From: a bacterium
Lineage (GTDB): Bacteria; Patescibacteriota; Minisyncoccia; Phycocordibacterales; Phycocordibacteraceae
Assembly: GCA_021784815.1 (NCBI GenBank)
Contig: JAJYHK010000005.1
Coordinates: 25,917-89,916, forward strand
Direction: 5' to 3'
DNA length: 64,000 nucleotides
The translations under genes were made by a program, and so were the position numbers. The notes under the pieces are model-generated. The model was given only the letters and a program-made list of their open reading frames with translations, searched no databases and was not told where the DNA came from. Positions 50,977-59,759 of the stretch are shown piece after piece; position 1 is the first letter of the stretch, and each line of letters begins with the position of its first letter.

Positions 50977-51546
50977 TTAGAGCGAGAATGTTTTTGGGAG
51001 GGCGGCGCGCAAAGCGCGCTTTGCCCGATAAATAAGCGTAGAAACGGTTCCGAGCGGTACCTGGAGAATATCAGAAATTTCGGTATAGGAACGATCATCG
51101 AAGAAGCGCAGAATGAGCACCTCCCGGTAGTGCGAATCGATAACCGCAAGCGCGCGGGAGAGCTCCTCCCGCGAGAGCCGCCGCTCAGCAGCCCCGGCGG
51201 AGTCCGCGTGCTCGTCGCGTAGTTCAGACATGAGGAATTCGCTGTCCTCACTTAGGACCACCTGTGGCCGGGCGCGGCGAGCGCGGAAAAAGCTCATGGC
51301 TTCATTGTGCGCAATGCGGTAGATCCACGACGAAAACGACAGTGCCGGGTCGAAACTGTTGAGGTTTCGATATGCCTTGATAAATACGTTCTGCAGAATG
51401 TCTTCACGATCTTCGCGCACACCCACGCCGAGCCGCTCCAGGTAACGGCCAAGCTTCGCCTCATAGCGGCTAATGAGTTGCGCGAAGGCGTCTTTCTCGG
51501 CGATTGTCCTGCGGACAATTTCTTCATCGGTCGGTTCTCCCGGCAT
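50977..51546 (-). CDS. RNA polymerase sigma factor, ECF subfamily
   Basis: Region 2 (ILQNVFIKAYRNL...WIYRIAHNEAMSFFRAR) and region 4 (SYTEISDILQVPLGTVSTLIYRAK). Confidence 0.85.
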   Translation of the reverse strand: MPGEPTDEEIVRRTIAEKDAFAQLISRYEAKLGRYLERLGVGVREDREDILQNVFIKAYRNLNSFDPALSFSSWIYRIAHNEAMSFFRARRARPQVVLSEDSEFLMSELRDEHADSAGAAERRLSREELSRALAVIDSHYREVLILRFFDDRSYTEISDILQVPLGTVSTLIYRAKRALRAALPKTFSL

Positions 51547-51623
51547 CTGCCCATTCTACTATGCTGATACGCATTGGATCCACGGCCTATTTCGACCAGC
51601 TGCACAGAAGCCGGCGTGGTAAG

Positions 51624-52247
51624 ATGACGGCCACGTTCATGTCCATTTCGGCCATTTTTGTGCACTTCATTCATAGTGCCGTCGGCAGTACCACCCTTAC
51701 TGGGATCGCCATCGTGACCGCCACCTTCGTTCTCGAGGACCCGACGACCGTTCTCGTCGGCGTGCTTTCGGCAGGGAATGTTGTCTCGGTGCCCACCGCG
51801 CTCATTTCCCTCTACCTCGGCATCGTGCTTCGGGTCCTCGCACTCCATGGCCTCGGCTCGCTCGCCCGCACCCACCCGCGACTCGCCCAATACGTCGAAC
51901 ACGAACGGGTGATTCCCGTTAAAAGCTGGTTTGAGAAACGCTACGCACTCACGATCTTTTCCGTGCGCTTTATTCCCGGCCTCCGGCTCCCAACCTATAC
52001 CGCAAGCGGTTTTTTTCGTATGCCGTTCGGAACCTTCCTTGCGACGGCGATCGGGGCTACGCTCGTCTGGGCCACGGTGCTCTTCTCCGCCTCCTTCTGG
52101 TTCGGCAATCTTACGAGCGAGTGGGTGGGGTGGACGCGCTGGGCAATCGCGGGCGTTTTCTTGCTCATCCTGTTTTTCGTCGGTCGCCACAACATGCTAT
52201 CCTTCCGTACTCACGAGGAAGAAGCGCCGGATGATGCCGAACACTGA
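51624..52247 (+). CDS. DedA/VTT-domain membrane protein (second copy in window)
   Basis: TFVLEDPTTVLVG and FSVRFIPGLRLPTYTASG DedA motifs; start placed at internal Met. Confidence 0.6.
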   Translation: MTATFMSISAIFVHFIHSAVGSTTLTGIAIVTATFVLEDPTTVLVGVLSAGNVVSVPTALISLYLGIVLRVLALHGLGSLARTHPRLAQYVEHERVIPVKSWFEKRYALTIFSVRFIPGLRLPTYTASGFFRMPFGTFLATAIGATLVWATVLFSASFWFGNLTSEWVGWTRWAIAGVFLLILFFVGRHNMLSFRTHEEEAPDDAEH

Positions 52248-53310
52248 CATGGGCGCACCGCACCAGAACGAGCGGCTGTTTTCGCTCCTCGAATATGCAT
52301 CGGAGTGGCTCGTCCGCATCCCTTACATTCCCTATGCCGCGTGGCTCTTCCTGCGCTACCGCGGAATCACCTTGCCGGCAATCGCTAACCCCAGCTTCTT
52401 CATGGGCGATCTTGTCGGCGCATCGAAGACCGACATGCACGCATGCATGGGCGCACGCGCGCGAGAGCATTTCGCGCCCTTCATTACCATACACGCTTCG
52501 GCGGCAATGCCAGATATCCGTGCACAACTCACGCGTGCAAAACTTGCCTTCCCGCTCGTCGCGAAGCCGGATCTCGGCCGCAACGGCCGGGGAGTAAAGA
52601 TGGTTGCTGATGAAGCGGCGCTTGCGGCGCATCTGGCGAAATTCCCGAGAGATGTCCGCATGATCATCCAGCGGTATGTTCCAGCGCGCCGGGAAGCGGG
52701 GGTGTTTTATGTGCGCCGGCCCTCGGAACACGCCGGCCGCATCACCTCTCTTACGCTCAAGAGTTTTCCCTACGTGGTCGGCGACGATCGCTCGACCTTG
52801 CGCGAGCTCATTCTCGCCGACGAGCGCGCTTCAAAGATTGCGCACATCTATTTCCGCCGCAACAAACGCGCGCTCGACGAAGTCATTCCTGAAGGGGTCG
52901 AGTACCCGCTCGTATCGGTTGGTAACCATGTGCGCGGAGCGATCTTTACCAACGGCGCAGCCGCCATCACCCCCGAGCTTACCGCGGTATTTGATCGTAT
53001 CTCAAAAGATATCGACGGCTTTTACTTTGGCCGCTATGACGTACGCTACGATGACTTCGATGCGTTTAAGCGCGGCGCGGGCTTCACGATTATCGAGTTC
53101 AACGGCGCCTCGAGCGAGCCGACCCACGTCTGGGACCGCCGCACGAGCGTGCGCGATACCTACCGCACCCTGCTCGGCCACTGGCGCATGGCGTTTGAGA
53201 TCGGCGCCGAAAATCGTGCCCGCGGCACCCGCGCACCAAGCATTCGCGCCGTGCTTCGCGCTTATGCCGCCGAAGATCATCTCATCGGACGATACCCCGA
53301 TGAAGAGTAG
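52231..53310 (+). CDS. ATP-grasp domain protein (carboxylate-amine ligase-like)
   Basis: FPLVAKPDLGRNGRGVKMV ... IIQRYVP ATP-grasp B-loop/large-loop pattern; start at ATGATG 52231. Confidence 0.55.
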   Translation: MMPNTDMGAPHQNERLFSLLEYASEWLVRIPYIPYAAWLFLRYRGITLPAIANPSFFMGDLVGASKTDMHACMGARAREHFAPFITIHASAAMPDIRAQLTRAKLAFPLVAKPDLGRNGRGVKMVADEAALAAHLAKFPRDVRMIIQRYVPARREAGVFYVRRPSEHAGRITSLTLKSFPYVVGDDRSTLRELILADERASKIAHIYFRRNKRALDEVIPEGVEYPLVSVGNHVRGAIFTNGAAAITPELTAVFDRISKDIDGFYFGRYDVRYDDFDAFKRGAGFTIIEFNGASSEPTHVWDRRTSVRDTYRTLLGHWRMAFEIGAENRARGTRAPSIRAVLRAYAAEDHLIGRYPDEE

Positions 53311-53383
53311 AACTCATTTCAATAATGGCGAGCGAAAACGGCAAGTTCTTTCATAAAAAAGTGGTTATTATTGAAACGAGTTC
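53309..53383. repeat. MITE-like element, short form (terminal IRs GAACTCATTTCAATAAT / ATTATTGAAACGAGTTC)
   Basis: 17-nt terminal inverted repeats; same ends as the longer element at 54637-54826; begins at the stop codon of the ATP-grasp gene. Confidence 0.55.
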
Positions 53384-53386
53384 CAG

Positions 53387-53914
53387 TCAGTGGAATAGCT
53401 TGAGAATCGACTCTCCGTAACGGACGCGGTACTCATGTACGGTAAGGACGAGAATGACGAAATCGAGTGCCGCAAGCGCCTCAAGGAATACCTCATGCCG
53501 GCCGACCCCGCGATAGATCTCGTACATGCCAAAGATGACGAGCGCCGCTATAAAGAGCGGGTACGCGATGCGTTTGCCCGAAAAGATGCCGATGACGAGC
53601 AGCACCTTGATAAGCCCGTGGAGCACAAGGTAGAGCGCCACGAGCCAATGGCCGCTCGCGGCAAGCGTGTGGGCGAGAAGGTGCACAGTCCGAGCTGTGA
53701 GACCACTGGGTTCGCGCGCGAGCTCGTCGCCTGCAAGCCGTGCCGCCCAGCCGGTAATGAGAGCTGGACGTACTGCGGCAACGAATACCCCAGCAAGCAC
53801 TTCAACGACGCCATCGAACGCCTTTACGGCGAGCGCTGCGTCAAAAATCCAGCGCAAATCCCGTTCGCGCGGCAATTGTAGTTCCTTCCGAGGCCCAGTC
53901 GGCGGCTCGGCCAT
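53387..53914 (-). CDS. DUF2127-like membrane protein
   Basis: 4 TM helix protein; family call tentative. Confidence 0.45.
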   Translation of the reverse strand: MAEPPTGPRKELQLPRERDLRWIFDAALAVKAFDGVVEVLAGVFVAAVRPALITGWAARLAGDELAREPSGLTARTVHLLAHTLAASGHWLVALYLVLHGLIKVLLVIGIFSGKRIAYPLFIAALVIFGMYEIYRGVGRHEVFLEALAALDFVILVLTVHEYRVRYGESILKLFH

Positions 53915-53980
53915 GCAGCGCAGGATACAACAACAGCTACGCGCTCGCTTGGGAAAGCGAACGCGTAGCTGTTGTTGTGG

Positions 53981-54535
53981 TTAGCCGATACGATCCGCGA
54001 GCACCGCAAGCGCTTTCGCAATGAGCGTCTTGGTGTCCTCGCTCTTCACCGGCCCGGGCATCCCGGCCTGTCCCGTCGATTCCGCAAATATATCGCTCGC
54101 TGGACCGAGATACAGTTCCGGTTGGCCGATAATGCGCGCGTCGAGATAGAGGAGCGTGTGCTTCAACTGGCTCTGCGCGATGGCCGTGCCGATCTTGCCG
54201 ATCGAGACACCCGCGACGAGCACCGGTTTTCCGGCAAACGAATTCTTTCCGTAGGGGCGGGAGAGCCAGTCGATCGCGTTACTGAGCGCTCCCGGAATCA
54301 TGCGGTTAAACTCCGGCGTCACCACAATGACCCCGTCAGCTGCCTCGACTTTTTGTTTAAGCGCTCTCGCCTCAGCCGGGAATTCGGCCTCGAGGTCGCT
54401 ATTATAGAGCGGCAACGAGCCGATACCGACAATGTCTATCTTCATTCCGGCAGGGGCAAGCTCCTGCATCGCGTGCAAAAGAGCAATATTGTACGAGCCT
54501 TTGCGCAAACTGCCTGAAATACCAACGATGTTCAT
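53981..54535 (-). CDS. NADPH-dependent FMN reductase (flavodoxin-like fold)
   Basis: MNIVGISGSLRKGSYN N-terminal FMN-binding loop, about 184 aa. Confidence 0.75.
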   Translation of the reverse strand: MNIVGISGSLRKGSYNIALLHAMQELAPAGMKIDIVGIGSLPLYNSDLEAEFPAEARALKQKVEAADGVIVVTPEFNRMIPGALSNAIDWLSRPYGKNSFAGKPVLVAGVSIGKIGTAIAQSQLKHTLLYLDARIIGQPELYLGPASDIFAESTGQAGMPGPVKSEDTKTLIAKALAVLADRIG

Positions 54536-54636
54536 GTCTCAAAACTATTTAGGGATACGTCCCCAGCGTACTCCGCCGCAAAAACCGTCCGGCTGTGGAT
54601 AATCGCAAAACGCGCCATGGCATTCGCGCTTTTCAG

Positions 54637-54826
54637 TAGAACTCATTTCAATGATAATGGCGAGCGAAAACGGCAAAAATCCGTCGGGAGGCTCAATGAG
54701 GCCGTTTTAGCGTACCTGAGGTACGGGGAAACGGACGAAGCCGAGCCGCAGCAGGATTTTTGCCGTTTTCACTCGCCAAACTACGAGTTCTTTCATAAAA
54801 AGTGATTATTATTGAAATGAGTTCTA
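54637..54826. repeat. MITE-like element, long form (about 190 nt) with nested inverted repeats
   Basis: Terminal IRs TAGAACTCATTTCAATGATAAT / ATTATTGAAATGAGTTCTA plus internal IR GGCGAGCGAAAACGGCAAAAATCC / GGATTTTTGCCGTTTTCACTCGCC; predicted to fold into a single long hairpin. Confidence 0.6.
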
Positions 54827-54833
54827 GGATCCG

Positions 54834-55535
54834 CTATCGCAAGGCTGCCTTCCAGCGCCGGTAGAGCGCGGCAGTCGCGAAGAGGTCCCCGGCATTGTAG
54901 CGGGCGATCGTCATACCCTCTCCGGCTCGATAGAGCCCCGCGACGTCATCGCCCTTCGTGCCGCCGGCCTTCGGGCTCTCAATGCCGAGCGCGCGACAGA
55001 AAAGATGCAGGCTTTTCTTGAAACGAGCCGCGCCGTAAAACGTGAGCTGGTCGAGCAGGTCGACGTGCACGCACCCGCGCTGAAGCGAGGTGTAGCGGTT
55101 GCTTAAAAGGTCGCGCATCGGCTTGAGTCCGTGCACCATTGATCGGATCGCGAGAAACGGCGCATCGAAACACCGACCATTGAATGAAACGAATTCTTTG
55201 TACTGCTGCGCGCCTTCCCAGAAGAGGGCGAGCATGTCGCGCTCCGTGACCGGCTTATAGGTAATCTGGCCTTCAGTCGTTTCTTCAGCGCGTGCGCCCG
55301 CCGGGTCGTAGTACACGACGCCCCTTTCTTTCTCCGTATCATAGACGCCAATCGCGACGATGAAGCCGGTCAAGGGCGAGAGTCCGAGCCCTTCGCGCAG
55401 CTGCTTGAGCTCAAATTCGGCTTCGTCCTCATCGTGCGAGGACTGCTCAATGTACCAGGTGAGGTTATGCTGCGTCGTTTCATCAAGCGCATCCCAGTCT
55501 TCGCCGACCGTCTCGACATCAAAGACAAGCGCCAT
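54834..55535 (-). CDS. Predicted 3'-5' exonuclease, RNase H-like fold (PolB-exonuclease-related)
   Basis: Exo I VFDVET, Exo II SFNGRCFDAPFL, Exo III YNAGDL; about 233 aa. Confidence 0.6.
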   Translation of the reverse strand: MALVFDVETVGEDWDALDETTQHNLTWYIEQSSHDEDEAEFELKQLREGLGLSPLTGFIVAIGVYDTEKERGVVYYDPAGARAEETTEGQITYKPVTERDMLALFWEGAQQYKEFVSFNGRCFDAPFLAIRSMVHGLKPMRDLLSNRYTSLQRGCVHVDLLDQLTFYGAARFKKSLHLFCRALGIESPKAGGTKGDDVAGLYRAGEGMTIARYNAGDLFATAALYRRWKAALR

Positions 55536-55583
55536 GCGTGCATTAAACCACAGCTGTGCGCCGCCTCGTGATTTAATCAGAGT

Positions 55584-56510
55584 ATGAACTCGCAGGCACG
55601 ACGCACAGGCGCCGCTCTCGTTCTAGCCGCTGTTACCGGACTAGGCGGCTACCTCGTTGGCGAAGGGAGCGCCAGCACTGCCGCACCCCTGAGCCTCGAT
55701 AGCCCGGCACTGCCCTCACCCGCACCAGGCACCACCCGCCTTTTCTACTCGCTCGACCAAAAGCAGAACGACCAGGAGCTGATCTCGCTTTTAAACGCGA
55801 CGCGGAAACGCGCCTATTTCGCCATATACGAGTTCACGCTCAAAGACGTTGCCGACGCGCTCGTGGCGGCCAAGCGCCGCGGCGTCGATGTGCGCGGACT
55901 CGTCGACGCAACAGAAAGCGCGAAAAGCTACGACGCGCCGATCATTGCCGAGCTGCGCGCCGCCGGCATTCCGGTGGAAACTGAGCGCCATCCGGACGGC
56001 CAGGGCATCATGCACATCAAGGCGCTCGTGACCGACGGGACCTATGCGATCGGCAGCTACAACTGGACCGAGTCAGCAACGAACGAAAACGATGAGATCC
56101 TCGAGGTCGGTATCGACCCTGTGCTCGTGGGCGCTTACGCAAACCTGCTTGAACGCTTATTCCGGAAATACGCGGGTACCGGAACGGCGGCGCAGAGCGT
56201 CGCCGTTCCATCTTCCATCGGCACCATCCACTTCACCGAGGCGCCGCAACACATCGGCGCCTATGCCTCGATACGCGGCACCCTCATCGAAGCCTATACC
56301 TCCTCGAGTGGCACGGTCTTCCTCGATTTCTGCAAAAGCTACCAATCCTGCCCGTTCTCGGGCGTCATTTTCGCGAGCGATGCCAAAGCCTTCGGAGATC
56401 TTTCAGTAGACGCGGATAAAACGGTCACCCTCACCGGCACCCTCACCGCCTACAACGGCAGGGCAGAAATGAAACTCACGAACCCTAGCCAGCTCTCGCT
56501 CGCTCCCTAA
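55584..56510 (+). CDS. Secreted phospholipase D-family nuclease (Nuc-like) with C-terminal OB-like domain
   Basis: N-terminal signal peptide; HKD motif HIKALVTDGTYAIGSYNWTESA; C-terminal about 100 aa beta-rich. Confidence 0.7.
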   Translation: MNSQARRTGAALVLAAVTGLGGYLVGEGSASTAAPLSLDSPALPSPAPGTTRLFYSLDQKQNDQELISLLNATRKRAYFAIYEFTLKDVADALVAAKRRGVDVRGLVDATESAKSYDAPIIAELRAAGIPVETERHPDGQGIMHIKALVTDGTYAIGSYNWTESATNENDEILEVGIDPVLVGAYANLLERLFRKYAGTGTAAQSVAVPSSIGTIHFTEAPQHIGAYASIRGTLIEAYTSSSGTVFLDFCKSYQSCPFSGVIFASDAKAFGDLSVDADKTVTLTGTLTAYNGRAEMKLTNPSQLSLAP

Positions 56511-56550
56511 AGCTTGGCGATAAGCCACAATATGTTATAATCAGCCTCAA

Positions 56551-57105
56551 GTGGCAGCGGAACGACTCAACATCAACCGGGAAATTTCGGCGCGCGAGCT
56601 GCGCGTTATCGGCACCGAGGGTGAAAACCTCGGCGTGCTTAGTCTTGCTCAGGCGCTTGCTGCGGCCGAACGTGCTGAGCTCGACCTCATTGAGATTTCG
56701 CCTAGGGCGGTACCGCCCGTTGCGAGAATCGCGGATTATGGTAAATTCGAGTACGAGCGAAGCAAGAAGGAAAAGGCGGTAAAAGCCAAGGCCAAGGTAT
56801 CCGAAACCAAGGAAATCCAGATTAAGGTCGGCACCGGTGAGCACGATATGCTCCTCAAGGCGAAAAAGGCCGCGGAGTGGCTCGAGGAAGGCCATCGCGT
56901 ACGCGCCGAGCTTTTCCTGAAAGGCCGCTACAAAGGCATGAGCGAAGAGTTCCTCAAGGAACGCCTCGTGAAATTCCTGGAGCGCATCCCGTATGCGTAC
57001 CGGATGGCCGAACCGATCATCCGCAGCCCGAAGGGCTTTGCCGGCGTCATCGAGCGCGACCCGAAGGCTGCACGAAAAGCCGAGGAAACCCAACCAAACC
57101 CATGA
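56551..57105 (+). CDS. infC: Translation initiation factor IF-3
   Basis: INREISARELRVIGTEGENLGV...ELDLIEISP, followed by rpmI-rplT; true start may be a non-ATG codon upstream. Confidence 0.85.
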   Translation: MAAERLNINREISARELRVIGTEGENLGVLSLAQALAAAERAELDLIEISPRAVPPVARIADYGKFEYERSKKEKAVKAKAKVSETKEIQIKVGTGEHDMLLKAKKAAEWLEEGHRVRAELFLKGRYKGMSEEFLKERLVKFLERIPYAYRMAEPIIRSPKGFAGVIERDPKAARKAEETQPNP

Positions 57106-57287
57106 AAACCAACAAATCGTACACCAAGCGGATCCGCGTCACGCGTAACGGTAAGCTCGTTGCCCGCGTGAAGGGCCAGAACCATTTCAACGCAAAGGCG
57201 AGCGGCTCTAAGCGGCAAGCGAAACGGCGTGCGGTCAGCCTCGTGCTCTCGACGCGTGCACGCCGCCGATTCCTCCCCGGCGCATAG
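57102..57287 (+). CDS. rpmI: 50S ribosomal protein L35
   Basis: 61 aa, MKTNKSYTKRIRVTRNGKL; ATG overlaps infC stop. Confidence 0.85.
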   Translation: MKTNKSYTKRIRVTRNGKLVARVKGQNHFNAKASGSKRQAKRRAVSLVLSTRARRRFLPGA

Positions 57288-57316
57288 GGATTTAAAAACT
57301 TCGTAACTTTTTTCGT

Positions 57317-57664
57317 ATGGCACGAGTCAAAGGCGGTGTGGTAGCGCAGAGGCGGCGCAGGAATCTCCTCTCCCGCGCGAAGGGCTACCGCTATGGCCGT
57401 TCCACCAAGCGCCGCCAGGCGCACGAGGCGATCCTCCACGCGGGCAAGTACGCTTTTAACGACCGCAAGGACAAGAAGACTGTTTTCCGCCAGCTCTGGA
57501 TCGTCCGCCTTAACGCCGCGGTCCGCGAGAACGGCCTCAAGTCGTACTCGACGTTCATGAGCAGCCTCAAGAAGCAGGACATCCTGCTTGATCGCAAAGT
57601 GCTCGCTCAGTTTGCGGCGAAACAGCCCGAGGTGTTCGCCCGCATCGCGGCAAAAGCGAAGTAG
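57317..57664 (+). CDS. rplT: 50S ribosomal protein L20
   Basis: MARVKGGVVAQRRRRNLLSRAKGYRYGRS; 115 aa. Confidence 0.9.
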   Translation: MARVKGGVVAQRRRRNLLSRAKGYRYGRSTKRRQAHEAILHAGKYAFNDRKDKKTVFRQLWIVRLNAAVRENGLKSYSTFMSSLKKQDILLDRKVLAQFAAKQPEVFARIAAKAK

Positions 57665-57710
57665 ATCCGGGAGGCAGCCAACGAAAAACGGCCCCGCGAC
57701 GCGGGGCCGT

Positions 57711-58106
57711 TTACTTTTGTAAGTAGTAAGATTCGCGGCCGCCCTCAGGTTCTTCTAGAGTATTGTAGTCAATCGTGATTTCTTCCCCCGCGTTGATGTT
57801 CCTTGACGCGTACCACGAATAACCGCGGTGTTCCGCACTCGGGTCTGCAGAATGATTCAAGTACCACCCGACTGCCATTTCGCCAAAATCCCTCGGAGCT
57901 ACCACTTGGTCTCCTCGATCCATGCAATACGATCGGAAAAACTCAGGAACTGAACTCTTCTCGCGCAGGACGCTTCGATCCTGCAACTCATCTCCCTTCC
58001 CGAAAAGCCGAAGAAGAGTTCCTTTTTGGATGTCGTGCTCAGCGAAAACCCCTACACCATGCTCAGACGGCTTGAGTATGAACGAAAACTCGTTAGTGAA
58101 GTTCAT
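57711..58106 (-). CDS. SET-domain protein (putative protein-lysine methyltransferase)
   Basis: GVFAEHDIQKGTLL, NHS-x-DPS (NHSCDPN-like) and GEEITIDYN (GEELTIDY-like) SET motifs; about 131 aa. Confidence 0.65.
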   Translation of the reverse strand: MNFTNEFSFILKPSEHGVGVFAEHDIQKGTLLRLFGKGDELQDRSVLREKSSVPEFFRSYCMDRGDQVVAPRDFGEMAVGWYLNHSADPSAEHRGYSWYASRNINAGEEITIDYNTLEEPEGGRESYYLQK

Positions 58107-59494
58107 ACTTTAGAAATGCCTTCTTTCGTGATCTTCCATGCCGCGCCGGCTTCCGGCACAATCGCGCGGCCGCCAAGGTAGTCGCGGATTCGCTGAGCCA
58201 AAAAGCGTTCGCTTGAGGGTTCGCCGAGACCTACGAAAATCGTACCGAGCCGCTTCCCTTCGAGCGACTGCTGCGCAAACTCAAGCAGTTCATCGCGGTC
58301 GGCATGGCCTGACCAGCCCTCGAGAACCTCGACCCTGCCGCGCACGCGCACGTCCTCACCGCCTAGGCGCACCTGCGTTGTGCCTTCCGCCATGCGCCGG
58401 CCCGGCGAGCCGGGAGCCTGGTAGCCGACCATGATGAGCGTCGTCGAAGAGTTCGGGAGGTACTGCCGCTCCCACCGACCGATGCGGCCGCCGTGGCTCA
58501 TGCCGGCACCGGCGATAATGATTTTCTGGCCGTGCGCTTTGATGATGTCATCTGATTCGTCGCGCGAGAGCGTTTTGGTAAGGAAAGGGAAGTCGAAGAG
58601 GCTGCCCTCGCGCTTCATTTCTTCCTCGGCTGTCGGTTTGAAGTAGGTTGCGCCCCATTTATCGTAGACGTCGGTCACGCGTATCGCGAGCGGCGAGTCG
58701 AGGTAGACCGGCACGTGCGGCAGCTCGCCGGCTGCGTAAAGATTGGAGAGCTCGTAGAGCATGAGCTGGGTGCGTTCAATCGAAAACGCGGGAATGAGGA
58801 TGGTACCCCCGCGCTCGATCGCCCTCTTGAGCGTGTCGCGCAGGCGGGTAACCCGGTCCTCGTGCGGCGGGTGGAGTCGATCACCGTACACGCTCTCCAT
58901 AACGAGCGCATCGGCGTCCGGTACCGGCTCCCAGTCCGGCAAGAGTGGCGAGGGCGCGTTGCCAAGGTCGCCCGTGAGCGCGACGCGTACGCCCTCTTCG
59001 TCCGTAAGCCGCACGCTTGCGGAGCCGAGGATGTGGCCCGTGTTGCGCAGGTAGGCCGTAAGGCCCGGCGCGATCTCCCTTTCGGTGTGGTACTCAAGCG
59101 TTTCTATGAGCTGGAACGTCTCGGCAACATCCTTCTCCTCGTAGAGCGGCGGCAGACCTCGGCGTTCGGCGTCTTCGGCGAGAATGTGTACCGAGTCGGC
59201 AAGGATGAGCTTCGCCAAGTCCGCGGTCGGGGGCGTCATGAAAAGTTTCCCGCGGAAGCCGTCCTTCACAAGCTTCGGGATGCGGCCGACGTGGTCGAGA
59301 TGAGCGTGTGTGAGCACGAGCGCATCGACGCTCTTCGGGTCATAGGGGAACGGGCCGTAGACGTCTTTGGTCGCCACATCGGCACCCTGCTCGATGCCGC
59401 AATCGACCAGTACCTTTGCTTTGCTGCCATCGATTAAAAAATTCGATCCGGTAACCTTCCCGGCGCCGCCGTAAAACCCAAGCCGTAGTGCCAT
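58103..59494 (-). CDS. MBL-fold beta-CASP RNA-metabolising nuclease (CPSF73/RNase J-like)
   Basis: LTHAHLDHVGRIP (HxHxDH), beta-CASP and C-terminal RMMBL region; 463 aa. Confidence 0.75.
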   Translation of the reverse strand: MALRLGFYGGAGKVTGSNFLIDGSKAKVLVDCGIEQGADVATKDVYGPFPYDPKSVDALVLTHAHLDHVGRIPKLVKDGFRGKLFMTPPTADLAKLILADSVHILAEDAERRGLPPLYEEKDVAETFQLIETLEYHTEREIAPGLTAYLRNTGHILGSASVRLTDEEGVRVALTGDLGNAPSPLLPDWEPVPDADALVMESVYGDRLHPPHEDRVTRLRDTLKRAIERGGTILIPAFSIERTQLMLYELSNLYAAGELPHVPVYLDSPLAIRVTDVYDKWGATYFKPTAEEEMKREGSLFDFPFLTKTLSRDESDDIIKAHGQKIIIAGAGMSHGGRIGRWERQYLPNSSTTLIMVGYQAPGSPGRRMAEGTTQVRLGGEDVRVRGRVEVLEGWSGHADRDELLEFAQQSLEGKRLGTIFVGLGEPSSERFLAQRIRDYLGGRAIVPEAGAAWKITKEGISKV

Positions 59495-59531
59495 GCAAAA
59501 ACTCTAGCACGCGCGACGCGCGCTCCTGCAA

Positions 59532-59565
59532 CGCAACACACCATGCGCGTGCATGGTGTGTTGCG
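59532..59565. other. Perfect 15-bp hairpin (CGCAACACACCATGC-GCGT-GCATGGTGTGTTGCG) in the ndk-downstream intergenic region
   Basis: No U-tract on either strand; adjacent palindrome GCGCGACGCGCGC at 59511-59523. Confidence 0.4.
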
Positions 59566-59759
59566 AGGAACCGTCCCGGGGTGGCAACTTTGAGTGCCAC
59601 GTGGGGCGTGCAATGCACTACATGGGATGCTTTCGAGAGCTTCCGCCGATCGTGCTCAATACACGTATGCCCCGAATTGAGAGCAAGTTGCGTTTATACG
59701 GAACGGCCCCCGCTTCAAGTATACGCGCCTATGCGCGTGCGTGAAGACGAAGCGCAGAT

